Source of the DNA: Octopus sinensis
Taxonomy: Eukaryota
Direction of reading: 5' to 3'
DNA: 64,000 nucleotides
Assembly: GCF_006345805.1 (NCBI RefSeq)
Contig: NC_043010.1
Location: 25,358,001 to 25,422,000 of the forward strand
The number at the start of each line of letters is the position of its first letter. Position 1 is the stretch's first letter. A program made the position numbers and the translations under genes. Under the pieces are notes generated by a model that made no database searches, had not been told where the DNA came from, and was given only the letters and a program-made list of their open reading frames with translations. This document shows positions 11,501-23,800 of the stretch, piece by piece.

Positions 11501-14500
11501 ATACCATACAAGATAAATTTGTGATTAATTGAAATTGTACTTCCTTTTGGAAAAGAATAAACAGGCACAAACACAGTAAATAAAATGAAATGAAATTACC
11601 TGTTTCATCATCAGTCATGCTTTTAACTCCTTCCAGGTTCAGCTCATCCAGCTGAGATTTTGTTTTGTCTAACTTTGTCATGGCATCAGTAAGTTTCTTC
11701 ACTGTTTCATTGTCTGGACCTGTCTTGGATAGTTCCTGCAATCAACAACCAAACATACGGAGACTAGAACGTTGTACATATTAGGCTACAATTTATTCAA
11801 TCAAATACATATATATACATATATTCATATACATACATACACATACATATATATACATACATATAGACAAATGTGAAGGCACAATGGCCCAGTGGTTAGG
11901 GGAGCGGACTCGAAGTCATAGGATTGTGGTTTCGATACCCAGACCGGGTGTTGTAAGTGTTTATTGAGCAAAAACACCTAAAGCTCCACGTGGCTCCAGC
12001 AGGGGGTGGTGGCGATCCCTACTGTACTCTTTCGCCACAACTTTCTCTCACTCTTTGTTCTGTTGGCCTGCTCACTTAGCCAGTGGGGTGGCGTCATTTG
12101 AAGCACATTGTGACCAGCGATGTGTAGCAACATCTGATAGCCTGGTCGATCACAGTGATCACAGTGATATAGACACATACATATATATACATCCACAAGC
12201 ACATGTATAAATAATGCACTAAATAATAAAAACAATAATAATAAAGAACAATGATCTTACATTGAACATAATATTTTACATTGTACATAAAAGAAAAAAG
12301 TAAAATAAAAAGAGACGGAGAGAACCAAGGAAAGAATGGGTCAATAATTTTGAGACATGGACTGGAATGAAAACATTGGAATGCATTCAGAGAACCCCAG
12401 ACAATAAGAGGACTGGAAAAAATTGGGAAAAAAATTTAAGTGCTACATTGGCAGAAATGTTATGGAAACAACTTACATTGGTATAATACCAGAAATTTGA
12501 AGAAAGTGGTATAGTCAAGTAAATTGACCCAAGTACTTGATTGGTACTTTATTTTATTGACCCCCAAAAGGATGAGAGACAAAATTGATCTGGATGAGAT
12601 TTGAACTCATATATTCATATACATACATACACATACATATATATACATACATATAGACAAATGTGAAGGCGCAATGGCCCAGTGGTTAGGGGAACGGACG
12701 TGCAGTCGTAGGATTGTGGTTTCGATTCCCAGACCGGGCATTGTGAGTGTTTATTGAGCAAAAACACCTAAAGCTCCAGGTGGCTCCAGCAGGGGGGGGG
12801 GGGGCGATCCCTACTGTACTCTTTTTGATATACCTTTATTCGTTTTTGTATATCTGGTTTTTACATCAGTTTTTCTATGCTAGCATGGATAAAATGAGAA
12901 CATATTACTGATGTATTATTTTTGCAGCCTGATACCATTCCTGCTGTTAACCTCTATTTATCTTTTCAAGTAAGGGAATTTTGTTTTATTCCACTCATCT
13001 GTGAATAAAAGGGTCTGGTATATAACAATAACAATAATAATGATTTCAAATTTTGGCACAAGACTAGCAATTATGGGAGTGGGGGTAAGTTGATTATATT
13101 GATCCCAGTATTCAACTGGTACTTTATTTTTTTTATCAACCCTGAAAGGGATGAACAGCAAAGTCAACCTCAGTGAACTCAGGATGTAAAGACAGATGAA
13201 ATACCACTAAGCATTTTGCCCAGTGTGCTAACGGTTCTGCCAGTTTGATGCCCTAACAATAGCAATAATAAAAAGAGCACTCAGAAAGCTCAACCCTCTG
13301 CCAGGGCAACACCAACATTCTTCTCAACGATTAGCCAGAGATGATTTTTAAAATGAGAATATCTGAAATAAACTCCACTGCTCTCACAAATGAGAATACT
13401 AAAAATGAACCCTACTGCTCTCAAAAATTAGGTAAAAATAAAACAGGAAAAATAATCCAGAATCCTTGTCTGGTACTGGATTGATCCCCAAATCTAATCA
13501 GTTCCTGCCAGTCATGAGGCCAAACATCTCTGAAAGTTTCATCCAAATCCATCCAGCAGTTCTTGAGATATTTTGTCCATGGACAAACAAACATACAAAT
13601 ATGACTGAAAAGAATACCTCTGCCTTTGGTAATAATGGTAAATTTGTACATTGGTAAAAGGCCAAAAATTTGTAGATGCCATCACATAATGGTTTTGATC
13701 AAACATTTCAATGTTTGCCCCCCCTCCTCCTACACAAAAACAAAAAATAGGGACAATAATAACAATAACAAGAACATTCAAAGCTGACATAAGAGGTTCT
13801 ATGTTGTTGCTCAACCTGCTAGGAATAGCAGTTAAATTTCCTAATTATCAAACAGTGATATCTCAAAAAAGGGAAGTATTTATTAGACAATGTAGTCTTA
13901 ATTATCAGACGTGGAGGCGCAATGGCCCAGTGGTTAGGGCAGCGGACTCGCGGTCATAGGATCGCGGTTTCGATTCCCAGACCGGGCGTTGTGAGTGTTT
14001 ATTGAGCGAAAACACCCAAAGCTCCACGAGGCTCCAGCAGAGGATGGTGGTGATCCCTGCTGTACTCTTTCACCACAACTTTCTCTCACTCTTACCTCCT
14101 GTTTCTGTTGTACCTGTATTTCAAAGGGCCGGCCTTGTCACTCTCTGTGTCACGCTGAATATCCCCGAGAACTACGTTAAGGGTACACGTGTCTGTGGAG
14201 TGCTCAGCCACTTACATATTAATTTCACGAGCAGGCTGTTCCGTTGATTCGGATCAACCGGAACCCTAGTCGTCGTAACTGACGAAGTGCTTCCAGATAT
14301 CAGACAATGAAAAAAAAAAGGATGGGATGGTCACAACTGGAATGTCTTTTATCACATATCCTTGATCAGAGTTGGCCATGGGCTAAACAACAATGATGTC
14401 ATCAACGTGACATAGTCAAGCAGAGATGAAAGGAGTTACACAACATCATCATCATCATCATCATTATCATCATTGGCATGACCAACCAAATCCTCCACCA

Positions 14501-15906
14501 CCTTTACTGCTGTCATCCATCCATCATCATCACCATCATCATGTGAAATATATCTTTACTAAACTACAGGAGAAATAGCGGGAATAATTCATAAACAACA
14601 ATAACCTCAACATGATACTCTTCCCCCTCCTCCTCCTCCTCCACCTCATCACCATCATTACCACCACCATTGCTGCTATCATTACCATCTTCATCATCAC
14701 AACGACCATTGCCGCCACCATCACTACCACTATCCTCATTATTGTCACTATACCAGCTAGCTCCTTATCATACCATAGGTCTACTTGAGCAGGAATGGCT
14801 GCAATTCCTCAAAAGCAGTAATAAATAACAATGCTGCCTGCACCACCATTTTTTTTTACCATCAACACCATCACCACCATCATTTTTATCATCATCATCA
14901 CCATCATCATCATGATACATTGTTAACACCCAAGCACTTATTCTAATTGTATCTCTACTGGGAAAGTGTTACTGCCAGAGCAGTTTAGGATTTCTGCTGG
15001 AGCCATTCTGTATTAACACCTTTGCATCATGTTTCATATCTCATGATTGTTTCCTAAACTACAATGCAATCTGTGAATTAGTTTAGCATAAACAAGGTCA
15101 AACACTGAAACAAGAATGACAAGGTTAATTAATTAATGAGTGCAAAATAAAATCAGTGGTGTGTCAACAGTGTGCCATTTCATTGCTGACATGTGCCACT
15201 GAATATATCTATAGATTTGTTAGCCAACAATGTGTGTTATGACAAAAATATAAGCATTACATCTGTGGTCTTGGGTTCAGTCGCACTGTATGGTACTTTG
15301 GGCAAATGTCCTTCTACTATAGCCCCTAACCAGCCAAAGCCTTGTAAGTGGATTTAGTAGATGGAAACTGAAAGAAGGCCGTCATATACATGTGTGTGTG
15401 TGTGTGTGTGTGTCTGTTTGTCTGTGTGTGTATGTGTGAATTTCAACATCAGTAACAGGGTATTTTTGTATGTATGTCATTGATCAGTTTTATTCCAAGA
15501 TTTCTAGCCAATAGAGAAAGAGCCGGTTTCTAACCTAGATCCAAGGCTCCTTCATTGGAATTTCAACATCAACAACAGGGTATTTTTGCTTTGTTTGTTT
15601 GTATGTATGAATGTATGTATGCATGTATTATGTATGTATGTATGCATGCATGTATATGTGCAGATTTGTATGTTTTGTTTTATGTATGTTATATATGCAT
15701 ATATATATATGCAGGGTGTGCGTGTATGTATGTATGTATGTATGTATGTATGTATGTATGTATGTATGTATGTATGCATGCATGCATGTATGTATGTTGT
15801 TGATCAGTTTTATTTCAAGATTTCTTGCCAATAGAGAAAGAGCTGGTTGGTAACTTAGATCCAAGGCTTCTTCATTGGAATTTTAACATCAACAACAATG
15901 GTATGT

Positions 15907-15946
<40 letters not shown>

Positions 15947-16575
15947 ATGTGTGTATGTATGTATATATGTGTGTATGTGTGTGTGTATGTATGTATGTAT
16001 GTGTGTGAGTGTAAGTATGTATTCTCCAAAAGAGACCACCAGAATAAGTATCAGGCTTAAAAGAATAAGTACTGAGGTTAATTCATTTGACTAAAAGTTC
16101 TTGAAGGTGGTGCCCCAGCATGGCCGCAGTCAAATGACTGAAACAAGTAAAAGATATATCCATACGATGGGCTTCTCTCAGTTCTCATCCACCAAATCCA
16201 CTCACAAGGCTTTGGTTGGTCTGAGACTATAGTAGAAGACACTTGCCCAAGGTACCATGCAGTGGGATTGAACCTGAAACCATGTGGTCAGGAAGCAAAC
16301 TGCTTACCAAACAGCCATGCCAATGTGTAGAATAGTTAAAAAAATATCATCATCATCATCGTTTAACATCTGCTTTCCATACTGGCATGGGTTGGACAGT
16401 TTGATTGAGGACTGGCAATCCAGGAGGCTGCACCAGGCTCCAATCTGATCTGGCAAGTTTTCTACAGCTGGATGCCCTTCCTAACACCAACCACTCCAAG
16501 AGTGTAATGGGTGCTTTTTACATGCCACATACACATATATTTATACATACATATATATATGTGTGTGTATGTGTG

Positions 16576-16614
<39 letters not shown>

Positions 16615-17539
16615 AAACAAGTCAAAAATAGAAAATGCTAAAATAATTTTATAGTGAACATTTCAGTACCGGTTTCGGTCATTTTGAGACCTTTTCAACT
16701 GTAACGATTAAATAATTAAATTTAGAAAAATTAGAAGAAAAGTTTTTTTAAAGGAATATTTCTATAGTAGTGTTCAGATATAAGTGGCATTCTGCCTTTC
16801 TCTGACTCCCTTGTTTGCACTTGTGTGTTGGAGGTCGTTGTGAGTTCTTGGTAGGGTAGAGGAAGAAGAAGGCTGATGAGGAGAGGGGGTGGGAGAATCT
16901 GGGAGTGCCCTGATGGTCGTATTTTGAATGGTCAGTGGCAGCTAGCAGTCGCAGTTCAATTCAGGAGAATATTTCTATTGAAAGGCTTGTTTATGGAATT
17001 TGCGTAGGTGTTATACTAAAAAACATTAGTGACAAGGTTAAGGGGTAGAAGGTGGAGAAGTAGAAGAAGAAGAAGAAGAAGAAGATGACGACGATGTTGA
17101 TGATGATGATGAAGAAGAAGAAGAAGGAGAAGGAGAAGATGATGATGATGATGATGGTGGTGATGATGATGACGACGATGATGATGATAATGATGATGAT
17201 GAAGAAGAAGAGGAAGTATATATATATATATATACACACTCATACACATACACATATATAATTGCAAATGTGTCTCACTATTATTCATTTCTTAAAAGAA
17301 CAACAAGAAAATAATATTAATAACAAGTGAAAAATTACCTTTAGCCATCTTTTCACATTTGGTAAATATTGATGGGAAATAAGGTTGTAAATATCTTTCA
17401 AGGTGATTAAAATGTCTTTATTATCTTCAGTTTCTTTGATCAACATCTTGTTAGGCACATTGATTGTGAGGCAATAATTCATTGACCCAAGACCATGACT
17501 TCGTATCAAGTCAGATGAAGACGCACCCTTATCATCTTT

Positions 17540-17571
<32 letters not shown>

Positions 17572-17790
17572 ATTCATCATCTTCTTCTTTGTTTTCTTCT
17601 TCTCTTTCTTCTCTTTCTCTACTATCACCGCCACCACAATCATTATTAACATTATCATCACACTCATTACCATCATTACCGCTCACATCTTCATCCTTAA
17701 CATCATTCTCTTTTTCATTTTTGTCTTTTTTGCTTTTATTTTCTGATGTCTCCTTTGAACCTGATAAAAGAAAAAAAACGTTTCACCACC

Positions 17791-17824
<34 letters not shown>

Positions 17825-20800
17825 TCATCATTTAACGTCTGTTGTCCATGTTGGGATGGGTCAGATGGTTTGACCAGAGTTGGCAAGCTGGAGAGCTGCA
17901 CCAGACCCCAGTCTGATTTGTTATGGTTTCTACAGCTGGATGCCCTTCCTAATGCCAACCACTTCACAGAGTGTACTGGGTGCTTTTATGTGGCACCACA
18001 CAGGTGTTTTTTATATATAAATGTGTGTGTGTGTGTATGTGTGTGTGTCCACCTAGTCACCTACCGATTGGGCTGACATACTAGCCAAATCGACTACATC
18101 CTTGCCAGAAAAAGGGAAAGATGGCTGCTTATAAATGCCAAAACTTTCCCAGGCAAAGAATGTACCCCACAACATAGACTGGTAGTTAGTGACTTTAGGA
18201 TCAGGACTAAGAGGACGACCAACATGGAGAAGAAGGGTCTGGAAGCTTAAAGATCCTGTGAATGGACAGAGATTTAGAGACATATTACTTGAAGCCTTTG
18301 ACGAAATAGAAGGGGATATAGCTTCACATGGGGTAGAAGACAACTGGAGGTTTCTAAGGGACAACCTGCTGAGAGCCACTGACCAGATCTGTGGTTGGTG
18401 CAAAGTCCCCTCAAGACCCAAAATAACGTGGTGGTGGAACAATGTTGTTGACAGGGCTATTAGACAAAAGAAACAGGCTTGGAAGGACTGGAAGTACGGT
18501 GGTTGCAAGGAAGTGTATCAGACTGCCAGAAGGGAAGCTAGGAGGCAGGTGTATTTAGCCAGAGGGGAAGCAGATAAGAAAAAATTTGCCAATGTTCTGC
18601 GCCGTGAGGATGAAAGACTTGAGGTATTTTGTGTTGCAAGACAGTGTGTGAGAGAGAATCGTGATGTGGTAGGAAAGAAATGTGTTCACATGGATGATGG
18701 TTCACTTGCGCTAAATGAGGATGCAAAGAGAGTGGTTTGGAGACGCCACTATGAAAGGTTGCTGAATAAAGAAAATGCATCGAATAAAGAGAGTCTGCCG
18801 AATGTCGACCCAACAGAGGGACTAGCTATCTGAGTTGACAGTTCCTTGGTAGTTAAGGCAATTAGAAGCATGAAGACAGGGAAAGCCCCAGGCCCATCAG
18901 GAATTACTGCAGAGATGCTCAAAATATCTGGTAGTGTCGGCTATAGCCTAGTCACCCGTATAGTTAACCAGGTGATACACGAAGGAGTCATTCCCAATGA
19001 CTGGTGTAGCAGCATAATAGTCAACTGCTACAAAGGTAAAGGTGATGCCCTAGATACAAATAACTACAGGGGTATCAAGCTGCTGGATCAGGTAATGAAG
19101 GTTACGGAGCGGGTCATAGCCCAACTAATTAGAGAGAGAGTTAGTTTAGATGAGATGCAGTTTGGGTTCGTGCCAGGAAAAAGTACCACTGATGCTATAT
19201 TCCTGGTAAGACAGCTGCAGGAGAAATACCTAGCCAAAGATAAGCCCCTGTACCTGGCTTTCGTTGACATGGAGAAAGCCTTCAACAGGGTCCCCCGATC
19301 CCTTATCTAGTGGTCAATGAGGAAACTAGGGATAGATGAATGGTTAGTGAGAGCTGTGCGAGCCATGTACAGGGACGCTGCTAGTAAGGTGAGGGTTGGC
19401 AACGAGTACAGTGAAGACTTCCAGGTAGAGGTAGGGGTCCACCAAGGTTCAGTCCTCAGCCCCCTCCTATTTATCATAGTCCTCCAGGCAATAATGGAGG
19501 AATTCAAGTCAGGATGCCCCTGGGAGCTCCTCTATGCTGATGACCTTGCTCTAATTGCTGAGTCACTATCAGAACTGGAGGAGAAGTTTAAGGTGTGGAA
19601 GCAAGGATTAAAATCGAAGGGCCTTAGAGTCAACCTAGCTAAAACCAAAGTCCTAATAAGTAGGAAGGTAGACAAATCACAAACGCCTTCAGGTAGATGG
19701 CCCTGCTCAATCTGTAGTAGAGGTGTAGGTAGAAACTCTATAAGATGCACCAAGTGTAAGCTATGGACACATAAGAGGTGCAGCAATGCCAAAGGAAGGC
19801 TAACTAGGAAAATAGTTTTTGTATGTGGCAGATGCTCAGGAGCAATAAACACTGAAAAAGCGCGCAGAGACCAACTTCCGCCACATTCCAGGGAGAAAAA
19901 CTAGAAATAGCTGATAGCTTCCATTACCTAGGTAACCAAGTCAGTAGCAGGGGTGGGTGTGCTGAAAGTGTAGCTGCTAGAGTAAGAATAGCCTGGGCAA
20001 AGTTCAGAGAGCTCTTACCTCTGCTGGTGACAAAAGGCCTCTCGCTCAGAGTAAAAGGCAGACTGTATGACGCATGTGTACGAACAGCCATGCTACATGG
20101 CAGTGAAACATGGGCTGTGACTGCTGAGGATATGCGTAAGCTTGCAAGAAATGAAGCCAGTATGCTCCGAAGGATGTATAATGTCAGTGTTCATACTCGA
20201 CAGAGTGTAAGTACCTTGAGAGAAAAGCTGGACCTAAGAAGCATCAGTTGTGGTGTGCATGAGAGACGTTTGTGCTGGTATAGTCATGTGGCAAGAATGG
20301 ATGAAGATAGTTGTGTGAAAAAGTTCCACACCCTAGCGGTTGAGGGAACCTGTGGAAGAGGTAGACCCAGGAAAACCTGGGATGAGGTGGTGAAGCACAA
20401 CCTTCGAACTTTAGGTCTCACCAAGGAAATGACTAGAGACCGAGACCTTTGGAAGTATGCTGTGCGTAAGAAGACCCGGCAGGACAAGTGAGACCATAAC
20501 CCATGGCCTCTACCTGGGATGTAGCCAGTCCACTTATGCATACCTTTCCTTCTTGGGACACAAAACTCTACTTGTGAAGACCTGTTGAGGCAAGTGAGAA
20601 TCAACATCAAAATTGAAATCGATCAACATCAATGGAAATTGTAGCTGTGATACCAGCGCTGGTGGCACGTAAAAAGCACCATCCGATTGTGGCCGTCGCC
20701 AGCCCTGACTGGCCCCCGTGCCGGTGGCACGTAAAAAGCACCATCTGATGCCAGCCTTGTGTGGCACGTAAAAAGCACCCACTACACTCACGGAGTGGTT

Positions 20801-23800
20801 GGCATTAGGAAGGGCATCCAGCCATAGAAACATTGCCAGCTCAGACTGGGCCTGGTGCAGCCTCTTGGCTTCCCAGACCCCAGTTGAACCGTCCAACCCA
20901 TGCTAGCATGGAAAGTGGACACTAAATGATGATGATGATGATGATGATATATATATATATATATAAATTATTATTATTAATAACAATACTATATTATAGT
21001 TTCATAATAGATAAATTACCAGTCTTGGCTGACAGAAATAAATGACTATTCCTTTTAGCCATTTTCTGATGTCTGCTGGAGCTTGTATGAAACCAATTTG
21101 TAATTTGGCCAGAATAAGACCAGTATGAGGGACTTCACTGCAGGGCAAATGCAGGAGAAATAATCATCAGAAGAACTCCCATCAAACAAATGTTTTGACC
21201 CCTTAGTTTCTCACTCAAAGGGAGCAGAGCCTAGTTAGATAAGAACTCCCCACTCTATTGCAAAATATATGAGTTCCTTTATTTTTATCTGACTCATGGA
21301 TTTTAGACGTGCGCGTGCGTGTAAGTCTAAGCAATACAAACTAGTGGCATTGTTAGCACCAAGTTCAGTAAGAAATTTAAGATGCAGGTAGAGGTCCATC
21401 TGGAGTAAGTTTTCAACTCTCTCCTGTTTGTCATAGTGCTTCAGGCTATAACAGAAGAGTTCAAGACTGGCTGTCCTCTGTGGGCCAATGATTTAGTTCT
21501 GATACTGAATCAGTCAGTTAGAGGATGAGTTCCAAATGTAGAAGCAGATGATTATAATGTCTAGCTTCTCTAGTTAAAGAGTAGAAGAAAAATGATTTGG
21601 AACAAAGGGATGGGTAGACACCACTTAGTTTCAGTCAGAGATTGGCAAACTTCCTATATTATTGAACCCTTCATGGAATTCTTGATAATTTATTGACCCC
21701 TATCATGTAAATTTCTAAAATAAAATTAAAAGTATTAATTAATGAAAAAATGTTTGGGTTTAGAAACAATAATACCTTCATTCTTTTTTGTCATTAATGC
21801 CTTTTAATAAGAAATATTAAAAGAAATTTAATGCAAATACTTTATAAAATTTATCAGGAACTTTAAAGTTTCAGTCATATTATAGATAAAATCAGAATAT
21901 TCAATGTGAAATATGTGTTCAGTGAATACTGGTTACTGTATTGATATTTGGCTGTAAAGTAGTGAGTTTAAGCCTTCAATTACTGCACTCTTACAGATTC
22001 AGTTTTGGTTATAAATTAGCACTCTTGATGCTCAGAATTATTTCAGATGTTTATTGACCCTTTGGATAGCAACACTCAGAGGTCAACTTTGCTGACCCCT
22101 GGCTTTAGTGAAAATTTGGTCACCAGGCAAATGATAATAGAAGAGAGGTTTGATTTCTCTGGCTGGACCTTTTGCTATTTTATTTCAAATTAACTGCTTA
22201 AAACAAGCCTTTTTATATCTAAAATATCAGTAGTTAATTCCTCCATGTTTGTAAACAATGATTTAAAAATCTAAGTCAAAGTTATCTTCCTTGAAATCAT
22301 TTTTATAGCTGGGGACTGTAAGAGATCTCTTGCATGACAGCAATAAATCTGTTTGTTTAGAAAGAAACTAACCCTTGAAGAAAAAAGGCTAAGAAAATAT
22401 TTTACCTTTCCCTGTTTCACTGAGACTTGATGATGCTGTATTTCCATCAGTTTTCTGTGATGAGCTATGATTGGAATCATCACAGTTAGTGCTGTGGTCA
22501 CTTGCAATTGTATTAGGTAAAGAATTACAAGATAAAGAAATGTCTGTGTCACTGTCCTTTTCCTTGCTTGTTATGTCATTCTTTTTCTTCTCAGTGTTTT
22601 TATTATGATCACCAACATTATTATTATTGTCATCATCATCCTTGAAAAATTCATCTGTTTGTATTAACAGCTGGTAACAGTTTTCACTTTGGGTTAAACA
22701 GCTTTCAAGATGAGGGAAAGTTTCTGAAATAATTTGGTGCATATATATATTTTTTATGGTAAACTCTTACACATGTAATATAATGAGTGAACAGCTTGAT
22801 TAACTGATATTAAATGCACTATTAGACAAAAGCTCGCTCAAAGAAGGCTTAAAGTCTAAAAACTAAACAAGTCAACTGAAATGTCTGAAAAACAAAGACA
22901 ATATGGTGAGGAATGGGCCCTGTCTTTAAAGCTAACCAATGAAAGCATTGAACATGTTTCAATCTTATTAGATCTCCTCAGCCAAGCATACTCTGCTCAG
23001 TGACCAAGACTTAAAAGTGATCAATATATGAAGAGAAATGCAGGGAATCTAGTAAAACAGTAATTGCAAATAACAACAATGGAACTGAAGACTGAAGGGA
23101 AAATACATCAAGGGAATGGTCTGCACACTAAATTCATTTAAGGTTAAGTATAATATATATATAGGGTAATGTTATTGTGATGTGTGAGTGTGTGTGTTCT
23201 TTATTTAATTTTAGCTGTCATGGCAGCTAAGGTCATCTTTTGTGTGTGTGCATGTATGTGTGTGTGTGTGTGTGATCATGATAATTTAATATCCACTTTT
23301 CTACAGATCAGACAGAATTTGTTGAAACAAATTTTCTTGGCCAGATTCCCTTTCTGTCATTAACCCTCACCTGACTCCACAAAAATGACATAAAGGGAAC
23401 AGTGAAAGAGCTATAAAGAGGAAAGGGCGCACAGATACATCAGTAATGTTGGTAAATTTCTGAAAGCTTGGAATTTTTGAAGGATACACTGTCCTTACAG
23501 CTAAAAACTGACACGAGAAGTTTATTACATGCTTCAATGTTAATTCTGTGAGTGAAAAAAATACTTCCAAAAGTCATGGGTGTTGTACTTTGTTTTGATT
23601 ATGTTACTAATAATCATTTCTTTATTGGCTACAAAGGTAGAAGGCCAGAAAGTTGGTTATATTAACCCTAGAACTTGACTGGTACCTTTATTTCATCAAT
23701 CTGAGGTAGGTGTAAAACAAAGCTGACTTCAGCAGGATTTGAACTCAAACTGTAAATATCCAGAACAAATACTGCAAGGCAATAATTATATTCACTTCCG

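Noticed and set aside
13912-13990. tRNA-like sequence with A and B boxes
   Set aside because: No proper acceptor stem; it runs into a repeated body, so it is a SINE head rather than a tRNA gene.
15552-17288. His/Ser/YI/VC-rich ORFs (also 14539-14748, 28969-29683, 62415-63394)
   Set aside because: Translations of microsatellites and repeat fragments.
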